Source: Thermoplasmata archaeon
GTDB taxonomy: Archaea; Thermoplasmatota; Thermoplasmata; RBG-16-68-12; JAFNFQ01
Length of the DNA stretch: 64,000 nt
Assembly: GCA_041489255.1 (NCBI GenBank)
Contig: JBGPQV010000003.1
Location: forward strand, 96,001-160,000
Direction of reading: 5' to 3'
Position numbers and translations under genes: made by a program. The notes under the pieces are model-generated. The model worked only from the letters and a program-made list of their open reading frames with translations. It ran no database searches and was not told the origin of the DNA. Positions within the stretch are counted from its first letter, which is position 1. Every line of letters begins with the position of its first letter. Shown piece by piece: positions 1 to 10,669 of this stretch.

Positions 1-196
1 TGTCAACGCCACCGCCATTGCCGTGATCAGAGTTATTCTCGGAGTCGAATCACCTGGCACGAGGACTCCTCCAGATACTGGAAAGACGTGCGGACAAATC
101 AAAGTATCGTCGGGACCTTGGATCGCTCGTTTCGACTTCTTTTTCGCGGGGGCAATGCATCCTCTCTGCCTTTGCCCTCCGAGTCAACGATCGAAG

Positions 197-270
197 AGCC
201 ACCAGGGAGATTTGAACTCCCGACCCGCTGCTTACAAGGCAGCTGCTCTGGCCAGCTGAGCTATGGTGGC
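197..270 (-). tRNA. tRNA-Thr (anticodon UGU), no encoded CCA
   Basis: Reverse complement GCCACCATAGCTCAGCTGGCCAGAGCAGCTGCCTTGTAAGCAGCGGGTCGGGAGTTCAAATCTCCCTGGTGGCT folds as a cloverleaf; anticodon loop CT-TGT-AA; T-loop TTCAAAT. Confidence 0.96.
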
Positions 271-329
271 ACCATCGGCTCATATGACCGGCGATATAAA
301 ACCCTAGCCGGTGACGGTGCGCGACCGCA

Positions 330-2885
330 CTAGACCTTCGCTGGATTCGACCTCGGTTTCATTCCTTCCTCTGGCGGCTGCTTGGCGGCGGCGCTGTTGT
401 AGAAACCCTTCTTGATGATCTCCACCAGCGTCACGTACACCACGATCATGCCCAGCAACACCAGCAGGAACGCCCAGGGCAGGGGCTTGAACTCGAACAG
501 CTCGCCGAGGGGCGTGTACGGTATGATCCAGGCAAGAGCGACGACTCCGATGCTCGTCACGGTGAGTATCCTGCTCGGCTTGCTCTTGTAGAACGGGATC
601 CTCCGAGTCCGTATGACGAATATGATGAGCGTCTGCGTCGACAGCGACTCGACGAACCAGGCGGTCTGGAACAGGGATGCGTCCAGCACGTGGGGTTCCT
701 GAAAGGTGAAGTAGGCGATCATCGTGAAGAATGTGAGGAAGTCGAACACCGAGCTTACCGGGCCGAACGTGAGCATGAATTTCCGTATGAACTTGATATC
801 CCATTTGCGCGGCTTCTCCAGATATTCCTGGTCTACATTGTCCGTCGGTATGCCCAGTTCGGACATGTCGTAGAGCAGGTTGTTCAGCAGGATCTGAATC
901 GGCAGCATCGGGAGGAACGGGAGGAACACCGCCGCGCCAGCCGCGCTGAACATGTTGCCGAAGTTCGAACTCGTTCCCATCATCACGTACTTCATCGTGT
1001 TCCCGAACGTCTTCCTCCCCTCGAAGACGCCTTCCGCGAGCACCCTGAGGTCCTTCTTCAAGAGGATGATGTCCGCGGATTCCTTCGCGACGTCGACGGC
1101 GGTATCGACGGATATGCCGACATCAGACGTCTTGAGCGAGGGAGCGTCGTTGATCCCGTCCCCCAGGAATCCGACGACGTGCCCGTTCTTCTTCAGTATG
1201 CCGATTATCCTGTTCTTCATGTCCGGCGTCAGCCGCGTGAAGACGTTGCTTTTCTCGACGACCTCGGCGAGCTTCTCGTCGGTCATCTCGGTTATCTCGT
1301 GCCCCGTCGCGACGCCCTTCGGCCTGAAGCCGAGGCTATGGCACACCATCGCCGTCACTAGCTCGTTGTCGCCGGTGAGTATCTTGAGCTCGATCCCCGC
1401 ACGTCCAAGGAGGTTGAGCGCCTCCTTGGCCGATTCCCTCGGAGGATCGAGGAAAGCCCCGAACCCGAGGAACACCATGTCCGTCTCGTCCGCGGGCGTG
1501 TAAAGGGACTTGTCCGCAGCGACGCGCTTGTACGCGACCCCGAGGACCCTGAAACCCTGGAAGCTGAGCTCGTAGTAGACCTCCTCCATCTTCATCCTCA
1601 GATCTGATGTGGAGTCACTGACTTGGTCGCGTAGCTCGACGCGAGTGCACACCTTGAATATCTCCTCGGGCGCGCCCTTCGTCACGATGTACCTCTGCCC
1701 CTCGAGCTCCACGACGACCGAGATGCGCCTCCTCATGAAGTCGAACGGGATCTCGTCGATCTTCTTGTACGCCTTCAGGTCGACCTCCTCGTGCTCGAGG
1801 ATCGCGGCATCCAGTGGAGACTTGAGCCCGGTCTGGAAACGGCTGTTGATGTAGGAGAAGAGGAGGACCTTCTCGTCCTCTGCATTCTCCAGATTGGGAT
1901 GGCGGATGAGCTTGATCTTATTCTCCGTGAGCGTGCCGGTCTTGTCTGCACAGAGCACGTCCATGCTCCCGAAGTCCTGTATCGAAGCGAGTCGCTTGAC
2001 GATGACGTCCTTCTTCGACATGGCGACCGCGCCCTTGGATAGGTTGACCGTGAGAATCATCGGCAGGAGCTCGGGGGTCAGGCCGACCGCGAGGGCGACC
2101 GCGAAAAGGAGCGACTCCAGCATGTCCTTCTTCAGGAGCGCGAGGACGAGGAACACGAACATCACGAGGGCGAACGTGACCTCCATGATCAGGACGCCGA
2201 ACTGTTTGAGCCCCTTGCCTGACTCCGACACCGGCGCGCGGGGCAGCAGCTTCTGAGCGATGCCACCATACTCAGTCGACGTCCCGGTCTTCGTGACGAT
2301 TGCGGTGGCGGTGCCGCTCACGACCGAAGTGCCGAGGAACACATAGTTCCTCCATCCGGTGATCTCGTCCGGCGGTTTCGGGATCGCTTCGGCCGACTTC
2401 TCCACGGGGAACGATTCCCCGGTGAGCGCGGACTCGTTGACGTGAAAGTCCTTTGCGGTGACGAGTCTCGAGTCCGCAGGAACCATGTCTCCTGCGGAAA
2501 GGAAGATGACATCTCCAGGGACTATCTCGGAGAGCTTGCATTCCTTCTTGACCCCGTCCCGCAACACCGTGGCGGTTGTCGTGATTCTCTCCGTGAGCTT
2601 CTCCGCCGCCTTGTTGGCTTTCCTCTCCTGGTAGAAGTTGAGAGAGACGCTGAGCAAAACCATTGTGAATATCAATGCGGAGTTGACCCTCTCGCCAAGG
2701 AATCCCGATATGAACCCGGCCAGCAGCAGTATTATGACCAGGGGATTCCTGAAAAGACTCGCGAACTCGGCGACGGCCGTCCTCTTCTGCTTCCTCATGA
2801 TGACGTTCGGGCCGTACATCTCGAGGCGCTTCTCGACGTCCTGCGCGGACAGTCCCTCGATCGACGTCTCCATCTTCGAGGGCAC
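330..2885 (-). CDS. mgtA: Magnesium-translocating P-type ATPase (P3B)
   Basis: TGES, PELLP, DKTGTLT phosphorylation site, KGAPEE, GDGINDAP, SSNFGNMFS, LLNNLLYD and FQTAWFVES motifs typical of MgtA/MgtB. Confidence 0.93.
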   Translation of the reverse strand: MPSKMETSIEGLSAQDVEKRLEMYGPNVIMRKQKRTAVAEFASLFRNPLVIILLLAGFISGFLGERVNSALIFTMVLLSVSLNFYQERKANKAAEKLTERITTTATVLRDGVKKECKLSEIVPGDVIFLSAGDMVPADSRLVTAKDFHVNESALTGESFPVEKSAEAIPKPPDEITGWRNYVFLGTSVVSGTATAIVTKTGTSTEYGGIAQKLLPRAPVSESGKGLKQFGVLIMEVTFALVMFVFLVLALLKKDMLESLLFAVALAVGLTPELLPMILTVNLSKGAVAMSKKDVIVKRLASIQDFGSMDVLCADKTGTLTENKIKLIRHPNLENAEDEKVLLFSYINSRFQTGLKSPLDAAILEHEEVDLKAYKKIDEIPFDFMRRRISVVVELEGQRYIVTKGAPEEIFKVCTRVELRDQVSDSTSDLRMKMEEVYYELSFQGFRVLGVAYKRVAADKSLYTPADETDMVFLGFGAFLDPPRESAKEALNLLGRAGIELKILTGDNELVTAMVCHSLGFRPKGVATGHEITEMTDEKLAEVVEKSNVFTRLTPDMKNRIIGILKKNGHVVGFLGDGINDAPSLKTSDVGISVDTAVDVAKESADIILLKKDLRVLAEGVFEGRKTFGNTMKYVMMGTSSNFGNMFSAAGAAVFLPFLPMLPIQILLNNLLYDMSELGIPTDNVDQEYLEKPRKWDIKFIRKFMLTFGPVSSVFDFLTFFTMIAYFTFQEPHVLDASLFQTAWFVESLSTQTLIIFVIRTRRIPFYKSKPSRILTVTSIGVVALAWIIPYTPLGELFEFKPLPWAFLLVLLGMIVVYVTLVEIIKKGFYNSAAAKQPPEEGMKPRSNPAKV

Positions 2886-3414
2886 GAACTCTGGAGGAAT
2901 CGTGAGGAACGACTTCGCGCTCTGCGACGGCTTGATTATGTGGTTGCCCTGTCTCGTGATTAGTCCCCCGTCCGCGCTGCGTCTAGAATGTTCTCCAATC
3001 CATCATGGGATGTCAGGATGCGATTCGCGCCGATTCCGGAGCGCGAGAAGGCCACGCTCCTGCGGCCAGAGGCCCGTGAGCTTGCCCGCCGCTCACCCAT
3101 CTGTATGAAGCCGATCAAGAAAGCAACCAGCGCCAACCGCAAGGTTCATTCAATCCACCGGCCCGCGTGCCTTTGATATCCTGAGCACTGCGCTCTGGCA
3201 GCCACTTGAAACCGGGCATTGCCTGAGGCACTATTTAGGTTTCACCCTCCACACAATCGCTGGCCCGGAGCCGCACGTAGTCCCACGTCTGACCTTCGGA
3301 CATGAGAGCCGGCCGAACGACCTTGACGAACCTCCCGGCTAGTCTTCCTTTTTTTTGGAATCACTCGTCACCAAAGATATATAAACGAACCTTCCGCTAA
3401 CGGACTCGATTCCC

Positions 3415-5187
3415 ATGGTCGCCTGTCCGACGTGCGGTGGCGAACTCGAGTTCATCGCCCAATACGACCGCTATTATTGCTACACGTGCAAAAAGTATGC
3501 GCCCAAGGAATTGGGGAAAGCTGCGGAACCGGCAGCAGCCACGCCGATACCATGCCCGACGTGCGGCAGGAATCTCACGTTCATTCCAGAGTATGACCGC
3601 TACTACTGCTACTCCTGCAACAAGTACGCGCCCAAGGGCATCGAGAAGCCGCCGGCCGAGCAGAAGCCTGCCGAGGAGAAGACTCCCGACGAGAAGCTCT
3701 GTCCAACGTGCGGCAAGCCGCTCCAGTACGTCGAGGCGTACGGGCGATGGTATTGTTATTCCTGCAAGAAGTACGCGCCGAAGGAAGAGGAGAAAACGCC
3801 AGAGGCCGTCACGTTCGCCCCCGCGGTCATCCCGGAGGAGAAGCCCGCGGCCGAAATGCCGCCGGCTGAAGCACCTGTCGAAGTCACCCCGCCTGTTGCC
3901 GCAAAGGTCGAGGAGGCCCGCGTGGAATCGCCAAAGGAAGAGGCGCCACCCGCAACCACGCCGGTTCCCGAAGCGGCAGCGCCGGCGCCTGTCGCACCCG
4001 CCGCCGAACCTGCGCCAACGGACAGACCGCCTCTCGAGAAGAGGGCGATCGAGACGGGCAAGAAATCATACCTGGTGAGCCTCTGCCAGGCGTATGGACT
4101 CGATTCGTCCGGCAACAGGTCAGTCCTTAAGCAGCGCCTCCTGGATTACATGACCACGCAGGGATTGATCCCGAAGGAGGAAGAAGAGGAGGAGGGAGTC
4201 CCAGCGGAGGTCGCCCCGACGGTGACCGAAAAGCCGCCTGAGGCCATCGTTCCTCCTGAGAAGCCTGCGGAAGCGCCAGTACCAGAGGAGAAACCGCAGG
4301 AAGTGCAAGCGGCCGCAGAGAAGCCGCCGGAGGCGGCGGTGCCCGTCATTGCTCCTCCTGTTGCAGAGAGACCTCCAGAGGCCGCCGCAGCTCCGGAAAT
4401 AACCCCGGAAATGCCGAAACCCGCCGTTGCAGCGGTCGAAGCCCCGCCAGTCGAGAAAATCCCGGAGAAGCCGCCTGAGGTGGCTCCCACGCCCCAGCCG
4501 AAGCTGATCGTCGTCAAGGCGATCAGCCCGTGCCCGACATGCGGCAGGGAGCTGACATTCATCAAGACCTACAACAGATACTACTGCTACAACTGCAGGA
4601 AGTACGCGCCGGAAGAGGCCAAGACCGCACTCCCGCAACCCGTGGCTCCGAAGCCTGCCGCGCCTGCGCCCATCGCGGCAAAGCCAGCGGTCCGCGCGGG
4701 GCCTGAGGCGAAACCTTGCCCCACGTGCGGCGGCGCATTGAGCTACATCAGGCAGTACAACAAGTGGTACTGCTACACCTGCAAGAAGTACGTCGCGGAT
4801 AAGCCGTCCAACCGTTGCCCGACTTGCGGCGGTCCACTCGAGTACCTGGCGCAATACGACCGCTATTACTGCTATGACTGCAAGAAGTACGCACCCGAGA
4901 GGGCGGTGCAGGCGGCCGCCCAGGTCGTCAGGGTGGGAAGGGTCGGCGCCGCTGCGCACACGCATGGCGGCATCGGAGCCGGAGTGGGCCTCGCCGTCGT
5001 GGCGCTGGTGATGTTCATCCTGGTACAGCTGCTCTCTTCTGTTCCGGACATGCTGGGAGTGACCGTGTTCGTGATACCAAACCAACTCCAGATCGTTTTC
5101 CTGCTCCAGTTCCTGTCAGGGCTGTTCCTCATATTCGCAGTCATCGCCGGCCTCGTCGGGGTCAGGAAGAAGGAGAAGAAACCGTAG
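3415..5187 (+). CDS. Membrane-anchored protein with six CPTCG..YCYxCxKY zinc ribbons, Pro/Ala/Glu linkers, a central SAP-like motif and two C-terminal TM helices
   Basis: Six CxxC-x~13-CxxC repeats visible; KKSYLVSLCQAYGLDSSGNRSVLKQRL resembles the SAP consensus; hydrophobic C-terminus; TATA-like GATATATAAA about 30 nt upstream. Confidence 0.85.
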   Translation: MVACPTCGGELEFIAQYDRYYCYTCKKYAPKELGKAAEPAAATPIPCPTCGRNLTFIPEYDRYYCYSCNKYAPKGIEKPPAEQKPAEEKTPDEKLCPTCGKPLQYVEAYGRWYCYSCKKYAPKEEEKTPEAVTFAPAVIPEEKPAAEMPPAEAPVEVTPPVAAKVEEARVESPKEEAPPATTPVPEAAAPAPVAPAAEPAPTDRPPLEKRAIETGKKSYLVSLCQAYGLDSSGNRSVLKQRLLDYMTTQGLIPKEEEEEEGVPAEVAPTVTEKPPEAIVPPEKPAEAPVPEEKPQEVQAAAEKPPEAAVPVIAPPVAERPPEAAAAPEITPEMPKPAVAAVEAPPVEKIPEKPPEVAPTPQPKLIVVKAISPCPTCGRELTFIKTYNRYYCYNCRKYAPEEAKTALPQPVAPKPAAPAPIAAKPAVRAGPEAKPCPTCGGALSYIRQYNKWYCYTCKKYVADKPSNRCPTCGGPLEYLAQYDRYYCYDCKKYAPERAVQAAAQVVRVGRVGAAAHTHGGIGAGVGLAVVALVMFILVQLLSSVPDMLGVTVFVIPNQLQIVFLLQFLSGLFLIFAVIAGLVGVRKKEKKP

Positions 5188-5227
5188 AGGCCAAAGCTAC
5201 TTGTGCTCCGTCGGAGTGAGCGACAGC

Positions 5228-6238
5228 ATGGGCCACGAAAGAGGAAGGCATCGCGAGCCCGACCCACGGAGCTTCGTCTCCGCCTGGACGGAGAAGGACC
5301 TTCTCGACGGCAAAGTGGTCGACTCCTTCGTGGTGATCTTCCGGACTACCGGGTGCTACTGGGCGCGGAGCGGCGGGTGCTCGATGTGCGGCTACGTTTT
5401 CGACACGTCGCTCGATGTCTCGGAGGACGACCTGATGCACCAGCTCAAGACGGCTGGCGAGAAGCATCAGGGGCAGCCGGTCACCAAGATATTCACTTCC
5501 GGGAGCTTCTTCGACGAGCACGAGGTGCCGCCGCAGTTCAGGAAGGCGGTGCTCAGGGAGTTTGGCGGGAAATCGAGGAAGGTCCTGGTGGAGACTCTCG
5601 CCCCCTTCACGAAGAAAGAGCTCGTTGAGGAGGCGGTGAGTCTTTGCGACAGGTTCGAGGTCGCGTTCGGCCTCGAGTCGGCGACGCCCGCTGTCCTGAA
5701 GTATTCAGTGAACAAGCCGTTCGGACTTGAGCAGCACTTGAAGGCCGCTTCAATCGTGCATGATTGCGGCGGGAGCGTCAAGACCTACCTGCTCGTCAAA
5801 CCCCCTTTCCTCACGGAGAGAGAGGCCATCGAGGATGCCGTGACATCTGCTCAGAAGGTAGCTGACTGCTCCGATACTATTTCGTTCAACCCCGTGAACG
5901 TGCAGAGGGGCACGCTCGTCGAGAGACTGTGGCGGCGGGGGCAGTTCCGCCCGCCATGGCTGTGGTCCGTCACTGAAGTGATGACACGGACGAGGCAGCT
6001 CAAACCTCGCGTCATGAGCGATCCGACGGCGGCGGGACTGCCGAGGGGAGCGCACAATTGCGGGAAGTGCGACACCACTGTTGCGGCGGCAATCAAGGAC
6101 TTCTCACTGGGACTCCGCCAAGACTTTGGCGGCATGGAATGCGAGTGCGTGCAGAGATGGCTCGATACATTGGAACTGGAAGGACCACTTCAGGCTTCAC
6201 TCGATATGGAGACGCTATTAGACCGGATGAAATGGTGA
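5228..6238 (+). CDS. raSEA: Archaeosine biosynthesis radical SAM protein RaSEA
   Basis: RTxGCxWxxxGGCSMCGY, KIFTSGSFFD, KTYLLVKPPFLTE, PPWLWS and GAHNCGKCD motifs; likely ATG at 5228. Confidence 0.9.
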   Translation: MGHERGRHREPDPRSFVSAWTEKDLLDGKVVDSFVVIFRTTGCYWARSGGCSMCGYVFDTSLDVSEDDLMHQLKTAGEKHQGQPVTKIFTSGSFFDEHEVPPQFRKAVLREFGGKSRKVLVETLAPFTKKELVEEAVSLCDRFEVAFGLESATPAVLKYSVNKPFGLEQHLKAASIVHDCGGSVKTYLLVKPPFLTEREAIEDAVTSAQKVADCSDTISFNPVNVQRGTLVERLWRRGQFRPPWLWSVTEVMTRTRQLKPRVMSDPTAAGLPRGAHNCGKCDTTVAAAIKDFSLGLRQDFGGMECECVQRWLDTLELEGPLQASLDMETLLDRMKW

Positions 6239-6313
6239 AGACTCACTGCGAGTCCCGCCGGTCTTGAAAGCGCAACGTTTTTGTTGCGTTGGCCATTCCA
6301 TTGGCAAGAGAAT

Positions 6314-6634
6314 ATGCAGACGTATGATATCAGGAGAGGACAGGAGAAGAACCTGCAGACGCCCCAGCTCAAGGATCTGGCGATCGAGGTCTTTGGCGGT
6401 GCGGGCGAGGAGCAGGGGAAGGTCATCGTCTCGTTCGGCGCTCTCGCGAAGCTCACCGTCTGGCTGGACGGCAAGAGCCTCTGCGTGGAGACCCAGATGA
6501 AGACAGATGTGCCCAACGATGTCGCCTCTGACACTATCAAGAGGTACAACGCCTTCCTGGAAAGGGCGACTGGCTACACTACGAAAGAGCGGGCGAAGAA
6601 GGCACAGGGGAAGGCGAAGAAGGGCGGCAGGTAG
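6314..6634 (+). CDS. Small conserved archaeal protein (DUF5611-like)
   Basis: MQTYDIRRG start, SFGAL, and C-terminal FLERATGYTTKERAKK typical of this family. Confidence 0.75.
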   Translation: MQTYDIRRGQEKNLQTPQLKDLAIEVFGGAGEEQGKVIVSFGALAKLTVWLDGKSLCVETQMKTDVPNDVASDTIKRYNAFLERATGYTTKERAKKAQGKAKKGGR

Positions 6635-6707
6635 GCGGCGTTCCGCTTCAGGCGATACTGACAACCTTATCTACAATCGCGCTTTGGCCAGTGCTCAAAG
6701 GTAGCGC

Positions 6708-7985
6708 TTGAACCAGGAAGAGAAGGCAGAGCCCGGGCGCGTCCCTCGGTCCATTTATGCCAACCAAGTCGTAGGGTCTTTCGGAAGCGGCATGGCCGCG
6801 TCCTCGGTGCCCGTCTATGCCCTTCGTCTGAACGCCACGAGCATAGACCTCGGCTGGCTTCAGGCCATCCAGAACTTCTTCCCGAACGCCCTGCAGATTC
6901 CCTGGGGGAAGCTCAGCGACCGCATGGGCCGCAGGACTCCGTTCATCATCGTCGGCACATCGCTGGCCGCCGTCGCCTATCTCATGATGATCGCGTCGTC
7001 GACCGCCCTCCTCGTGATCCTCGCCGCCTTGTTCCAGGCAATCGCGACTTCGGCGGTCATCCCGGCGTGGTCAGCCCTGATCGGAGAGAAGATCCCGGTA
7101 ACCAAGCGAGGGAAGAGCCTCGGCAGCATTGGGCGCTGGGCTGGGCTCGCGGGCATCGTGGGGAGCCTTGTCGCGATATTCGTCGTCTCGGGCGCGCCGC
7201 CGGACAGCTCTTCCGTTTTCCACATGCTTTTCCTTCCCGCGTTCGTGGCGGGGCTCGCCGCGGCGCTCATCATTCTCGCGCTCCGCGAGCATAGGTCCGT
7301 GCCAAAGACCGAGGCTGGCGGCGACCCGGACAGCGGGAACGGGGACGAGAAGCTGTGCGATTTCAGGTTCTTCGTCAAGACTCAGGTGTTCTACAACTTC
7401 TTCATGTCGTTCATCTGGCCGATCATGACGATCACCCAGATCACGGTGCTCAAGGCGAGCAACCTCGAGGTGGCGATACTCTCGCTGATCGGCTCCGTCG
7501 CGACCGTGGCCGTCCAGAGCCAGGTGGGGAAGCTCATGGACCGAGTCGGTCCGGTCAACATGATCAGCGCTAGCAGGTTCATGCTGGTGATCGTGCCGCT
7601 GGTCTACGGCTTCGCGACGAGCATGTACCACCTCTACGTGATGAACCTCCTCCTTGGCGTTGCTCTGGCGATCGGGAACGTGGCCTTCTCCGGCTACATC
7701 CTCGACATCGCCCCGCCGCGGAAAAGGGGCGAGTACTTCGCGAACTTCAACACCGCGATAGGCTCGGTCACGTTCGTGGGGAGCCTCATCGGGGGATACA
7801 TGGCCAACTACCTCATGGGCTTCTGGGGACTCTGGTACGGGCTCCTGGCGGTCTACATGGTGTCGTTCGCCGGACGGCTCGCAGGTGCGATCTGGACGCT
7901 GAAGGTGAAAGAGTGCCGCAATTACCCGGAGAGGATGAGGGACGTGATGATGGACAACATACCGTTCATCCGCCCGCCGCCATAG
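6708..7985 (+). CDS. MFS transporter
   Basis: About 12 hydrophobic segments; motif A GKLSDRMGRR and repeat GKLMDRVG. Confidence 0.9.
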   Translation: MNQEEKAEPGRVPRSIYANQVVGSFGSGMAASSVPVYALRLNATSIDLGWLQAIQNFFPNALQIPWGKLSDRMGRRTPFIIVGTSLAAVAYLMMIASSTALLVILAALFQAIATSAVIPAWSALIGEKIPVTKRGKSLGSIGRWAGLAGIVGSLVAIFVVSGAPPDSSSVFHMLFLPAFVAGLAAALIILALREHRSVPKTEAGGDPDSGNGDEKLCDFRFFVKTQVFYNFFMSFIWPIMTITQITVLKASNLEVAILSLIGSVATVAVQSQVGKLMDRVGPVNMISASRFMLVIVPLVYGFATSMYHLYVMNLLLGVALAIGNVAFSGYILDIAPPRKRGEYFANFNTAIGSVTFVGSLIGGYMANYLMGFWGLWYGLLAVYMVSFAGRLAGAIWTLKVKECRNYPERMRDVMMDNIPFIRPPP

Positions 7986-8687
7986 TCAGCGCAGGCCGTA
8001 CATGAGTCTGTGATCCTCGTCTATCGGCCCCGCACCGCCGAGGAACAGGTGGTCCACCGCAACGACCCCGCTTACTACGAGGAAAGTCTCCACGCCGAAG
8101 TGGTACCTGTCCTCCGTCTTGTTCTCCAGCCTCGCGAAGAAGTCGGGGCCGTCAGCCGCCAGATGGAAGTAGTGATTCGTGAGGCAGTCCGACATCACTG
8201 AGCTGCTCGCATGCATTTCGTAGGGATGGTAGGGATCCTCCCGCCATTCCCAGTCCAGGCCTAATCTGATCGCGAGCAGGGGGTCCCTCACGCCGTCGAG
8301 CCTGAACCTCGCCGAGATCTCTCCCGCCGTGACGTCGAAGTGGAATCCCGCGAGGGGATCGAAATCGTTGGTCCTCACAATACTCACGTCCACGCCGGTG
8401 AAACCCGCCGAGCGCAGATGCAATGCGATGAGGTGACTGAGGTGCGATTCCGAGTCTTTCAGCCCGCCCTTGAGGATCGCTTCCTTCACCGCATCGTCGA
8501 CCGCTAGCCTAGTCGCCGCCAAGGTATCCGCCGACGTCAAATTGGGCCTGTGCCTGGCATACGCCACCGCGAATATCGCGGCGGTCGCGACGCAGCAGGC
8601 GATGACCACCGCCAATGCCTTGTGCAGCTCCCTCACGCAGGGGCATCCATCAAGTGCGACGATAGAACTTCCCCATGGAGCAAGCAA
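7986..8687 (-). CDS. Hypothetical protein with N-terminal hydrophobic anchor (start uncertain)
   Basis: Long ORF convergent on the MFS gene; N-terminal TM ALAVVIACCVATAAIFAVAYA; conserved-looking GPDFFARLE / GVETF / VDHLF blocks. Confidence 0.65.
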   Translation of the reverse strand: MLAPWGSSIVALDGCPCVRELHKALAVVIACCVATAAIFAVAYARHRPNLTSADTLAATRLAVDDAVKEAILKGGLKDSESHLSHLIALHLRSAGFTGVDVSIVRTNDFDPLAGFHFDVTAGEISARFRLDGVRDPLLAIRLGLDWEWREDPYHPYEMHASSSVMSDCLTNHYFHLAADGPDFFARLENKTEDRYHFGVETFLVVSGVVAVDHLFLGGAGPIDEDHRLMYGLR

Positions 8688-8799
8688 ACCGAGAAGCTAC
8701 CGCCTTATCGCATCCGCGGTGTCCCCCTGAGTGAATTCACGACCCTATGGAGGAATCCTTAACTATCCTATGGACATACTCCAGTTAGAGTGAAAGGGA

Positions 8800-8931
8800 A
8801 TGGTGACAGCTAGGAATGCGGGAGCGATGGTCGTCATCTTTCTATCCTCAAGGCTGGGACAGACGATTCTTGTCGTTGTGGTCTCAATCGTGATGATTCT
8901 TCTAATGTTGGTGATTGCTCGACCGATTTGA
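8800..8931 (+). CDS. Putative 43-aa hydrophobic small protein
   Basis: ATG 8800 to TGA 8931, MVTARNAGAMVVIFLSSRLGQTILVVVVSIVMILLMLVIARPI, preceded by purine-rich GAAAGGGA; fills an otherwise empty intergenic space. Confidence 0.35.
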   Translation: MVTARNAGAMVVIFLSSRLGQTILVVVVSIVMILLMLVIARPI

Positions 8932-9081
8932 GAGATCCCTTCTGGCTTCATCGGATTGAGAAAATCCGTTGACCTCGATGATGCCTCATGGAATGTCAAG
9001 GCAGTAGCAAGTTGCTAAACGCTCCCAAGTGCTGAGTCTTCGGGCTGAAATCGAGCATGAGCGTTCCTGTCCCAATCACAT

Positions 9082-10341
9082 ATGAGCAGCCCAATCCCAT
9101 TTTTTAGTATAGTCCACGGCCTGATAAATAATCCTATAAGCTACCGCCATATTGCATCCGCGGTGGCCCTCCTACCAGACTACGGCAACGCGAAGGATCC
9201 CGCGGTCAGGGCGAAGTACGCGTACCTGCAGTCGGGGATATGCCTTGCAGGGAACGCCTTCCTTCTGTCTTCCAAGCTCTACCTCTCGATCATCTGGGGT
9301 TCGGTGGCGGTGCTCGGGGACGCGCTCAACCACACTGCCGACGTCGCGGTTTCCGCCACGATACTGCTCGCTTTCAGGTGGTCCAAGAAGGAGGCTGACG
9401 AAGAGCATCCCCAAGGCCATGGACGCATAGAGCACGTCCTGGCCATCGTTGTCGCATCGATGGTCGTGACCATGGGAATCCTCATCATCCGGGAGGCATC
9501 TGGGAAGTTCAGCAATCCTACGATCGAGGGCAGCATGCTCTTCGCAGCCCTGATGGTCGCCTTCGCCTGCGTGAAGGCGATGATGGCCGCCCTCAGTTTC
9601 GCGGTGGCGAAAAGGATAGAGAGCAACGCGATCAGGGGAGACGCCTGGAACCACACCACCGATGTCCTAATCTCCATGTCACTGGCCGCCGCAATCTTCG
9701 TCACGACGCTCAACCCCGAATACAGGATACTCGACCCCGTCTTCGGCATCGTCGTGGCGTGCATCGTCATGTACGCCGGCGGTTCCCTCATCCGCGAGTC
9801 AGCGAGCGTGCTCATAGGCGAGGCACCGCCCGAGGAGATGGTCAGGAAGATCCGCCAGACCGCCGTGGCGGTCAAAGGCGTCAGGGACGTGCACGACATC
9901 GTCGTACATGACTACGCCACCAGGAAGGTCGTCTCCCTCCATGTCGTCGTCGATGAGAGCATCACCGCGCAGGAGGCGCACCGCATCGCCACTGAAGTCG
10001 AGGACAACATCCAGGAGCACACGGAATGCCTGCCGACCGCCCACATCGAGGTGACTGAGCCCAGGCTCGACCCGGATCAGATTGAGGAATTGGTGCGCAC
10101 CGCCGTGGCGGCTCACAAGGCCGTCAAGGAGTGCGTGAGCGTGGAAATCATCCCTTGCGCCGATGGCGGCGACATCATGCTGACCGTCGCGGTGGAGGGA
10201 GACCTCAGAGTGAGGGACACGGACCGCATCCTACGTGAGCTGGAGGGGGACATCAAGGTCCGCCTGCCGCATTACCGCCCGATCGCCCGTGCGGTGCCTT
10301 ACGGCGGGGGACCGAGACCCCCCGTTCGCCAGGGGTCCTAG
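9082..10341 (+). CDS. Cation diffusion facilitator transporter with duplicated C-terminal dimerisation domain
   Basis: [25 protein letters not shown] and VHDIVVHDY motifs; true start may be slightly downstream. Confidence 0.9.
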   Translation: MSSPIPFFSIVHGLINNPISYRHIASAVALLPDYGNAKDPAVRAKYAYLQSGICLAGNAFLLSSKLYLSIIWGSVAVLGDALNHTADVAVSATILLAFRWSKKEADEEHPQGHGRIEHVLAIVVASMVVTMGILIIREASGKFSNPTIEGSMLFAALMVAFACVKAMMAALSFAVAKRIESNAIRGDAWNHTTDVLISMSLAAAIFVTTLNPEYRILDPVFGIVVACIVMYAGGSLIRESASVLIGEAPPEEMVRKIRQTAVAVKGVRDVHDIVVHDYATRKVVSLHVVVDESITAQEAHRIATEVEDNIQEHTECLPTAHIEVTEPRLDPDQIEELVRTAVAAHKAVKECVSVEIIPCADGGDIMLTVAVEGDLRVRDTDRILRELEGDIKVRLPHYRPIARAVPYGGGPRPPVRQGS

Positions 10342-10649
10342 AGGCCGAATAGGGCGCTGAGGCCGGCCGCAGCCTCTTCCTCAGTGACCTTCTCTTCCTC
10401 TTTCTTCTTCTCTGCTTTCTTCTCTTCCTTCTTCTCCGGCGCAAGTGCGGCCGCTGACGCGGCAGCTGGCACCGCCACGGCCTTCGCGAGGGCCTCCTCT
10501 ATGTTGACTCCCTCGAGGGCCGCGGTCAATGCCTTGATCCGCGTCTCGTCCGGCTTCACGCCAGCCGCGGTGAGGATCTTCTTCAGACCGTCCTCCGTGA
10601 CAGGCTTGCCGGCCGCGTGCAGCACTAGCGCGCTGTACACATATTCCAT
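10338..10649 (-). CDS. rpl12: 50S ribosomal stalk protein P1/L12
   Basis: [14 protein letters not shown] start with GGAGG upstream; Ala-rich hinge; [13 protein letters not shown] terminus. Confidence 0.96.
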   Translation of the reverse strand: MEYVYSALVLHAAGKPVTEDGLKKILTAAGVKPDETRIKALTAALEGVNIEEALAKAVAVPAAASAAALAPEKKEEKKAEKKKEEEKVTEEEAAAGLSALFGL

Positions 10650-10669
10650 GTTTGTTACCTCCTTGAGCG

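Noticed and set aside
690-2963. Long antisense and alternative-frame ORFs over mgtA, and similar ones over other genes (e.g. 10775-11728, 31637-32911, 46180-47169)
   Set aside because: Shadow ORFs expected from high GC3 codon bias; the real genes carry clear family motifs
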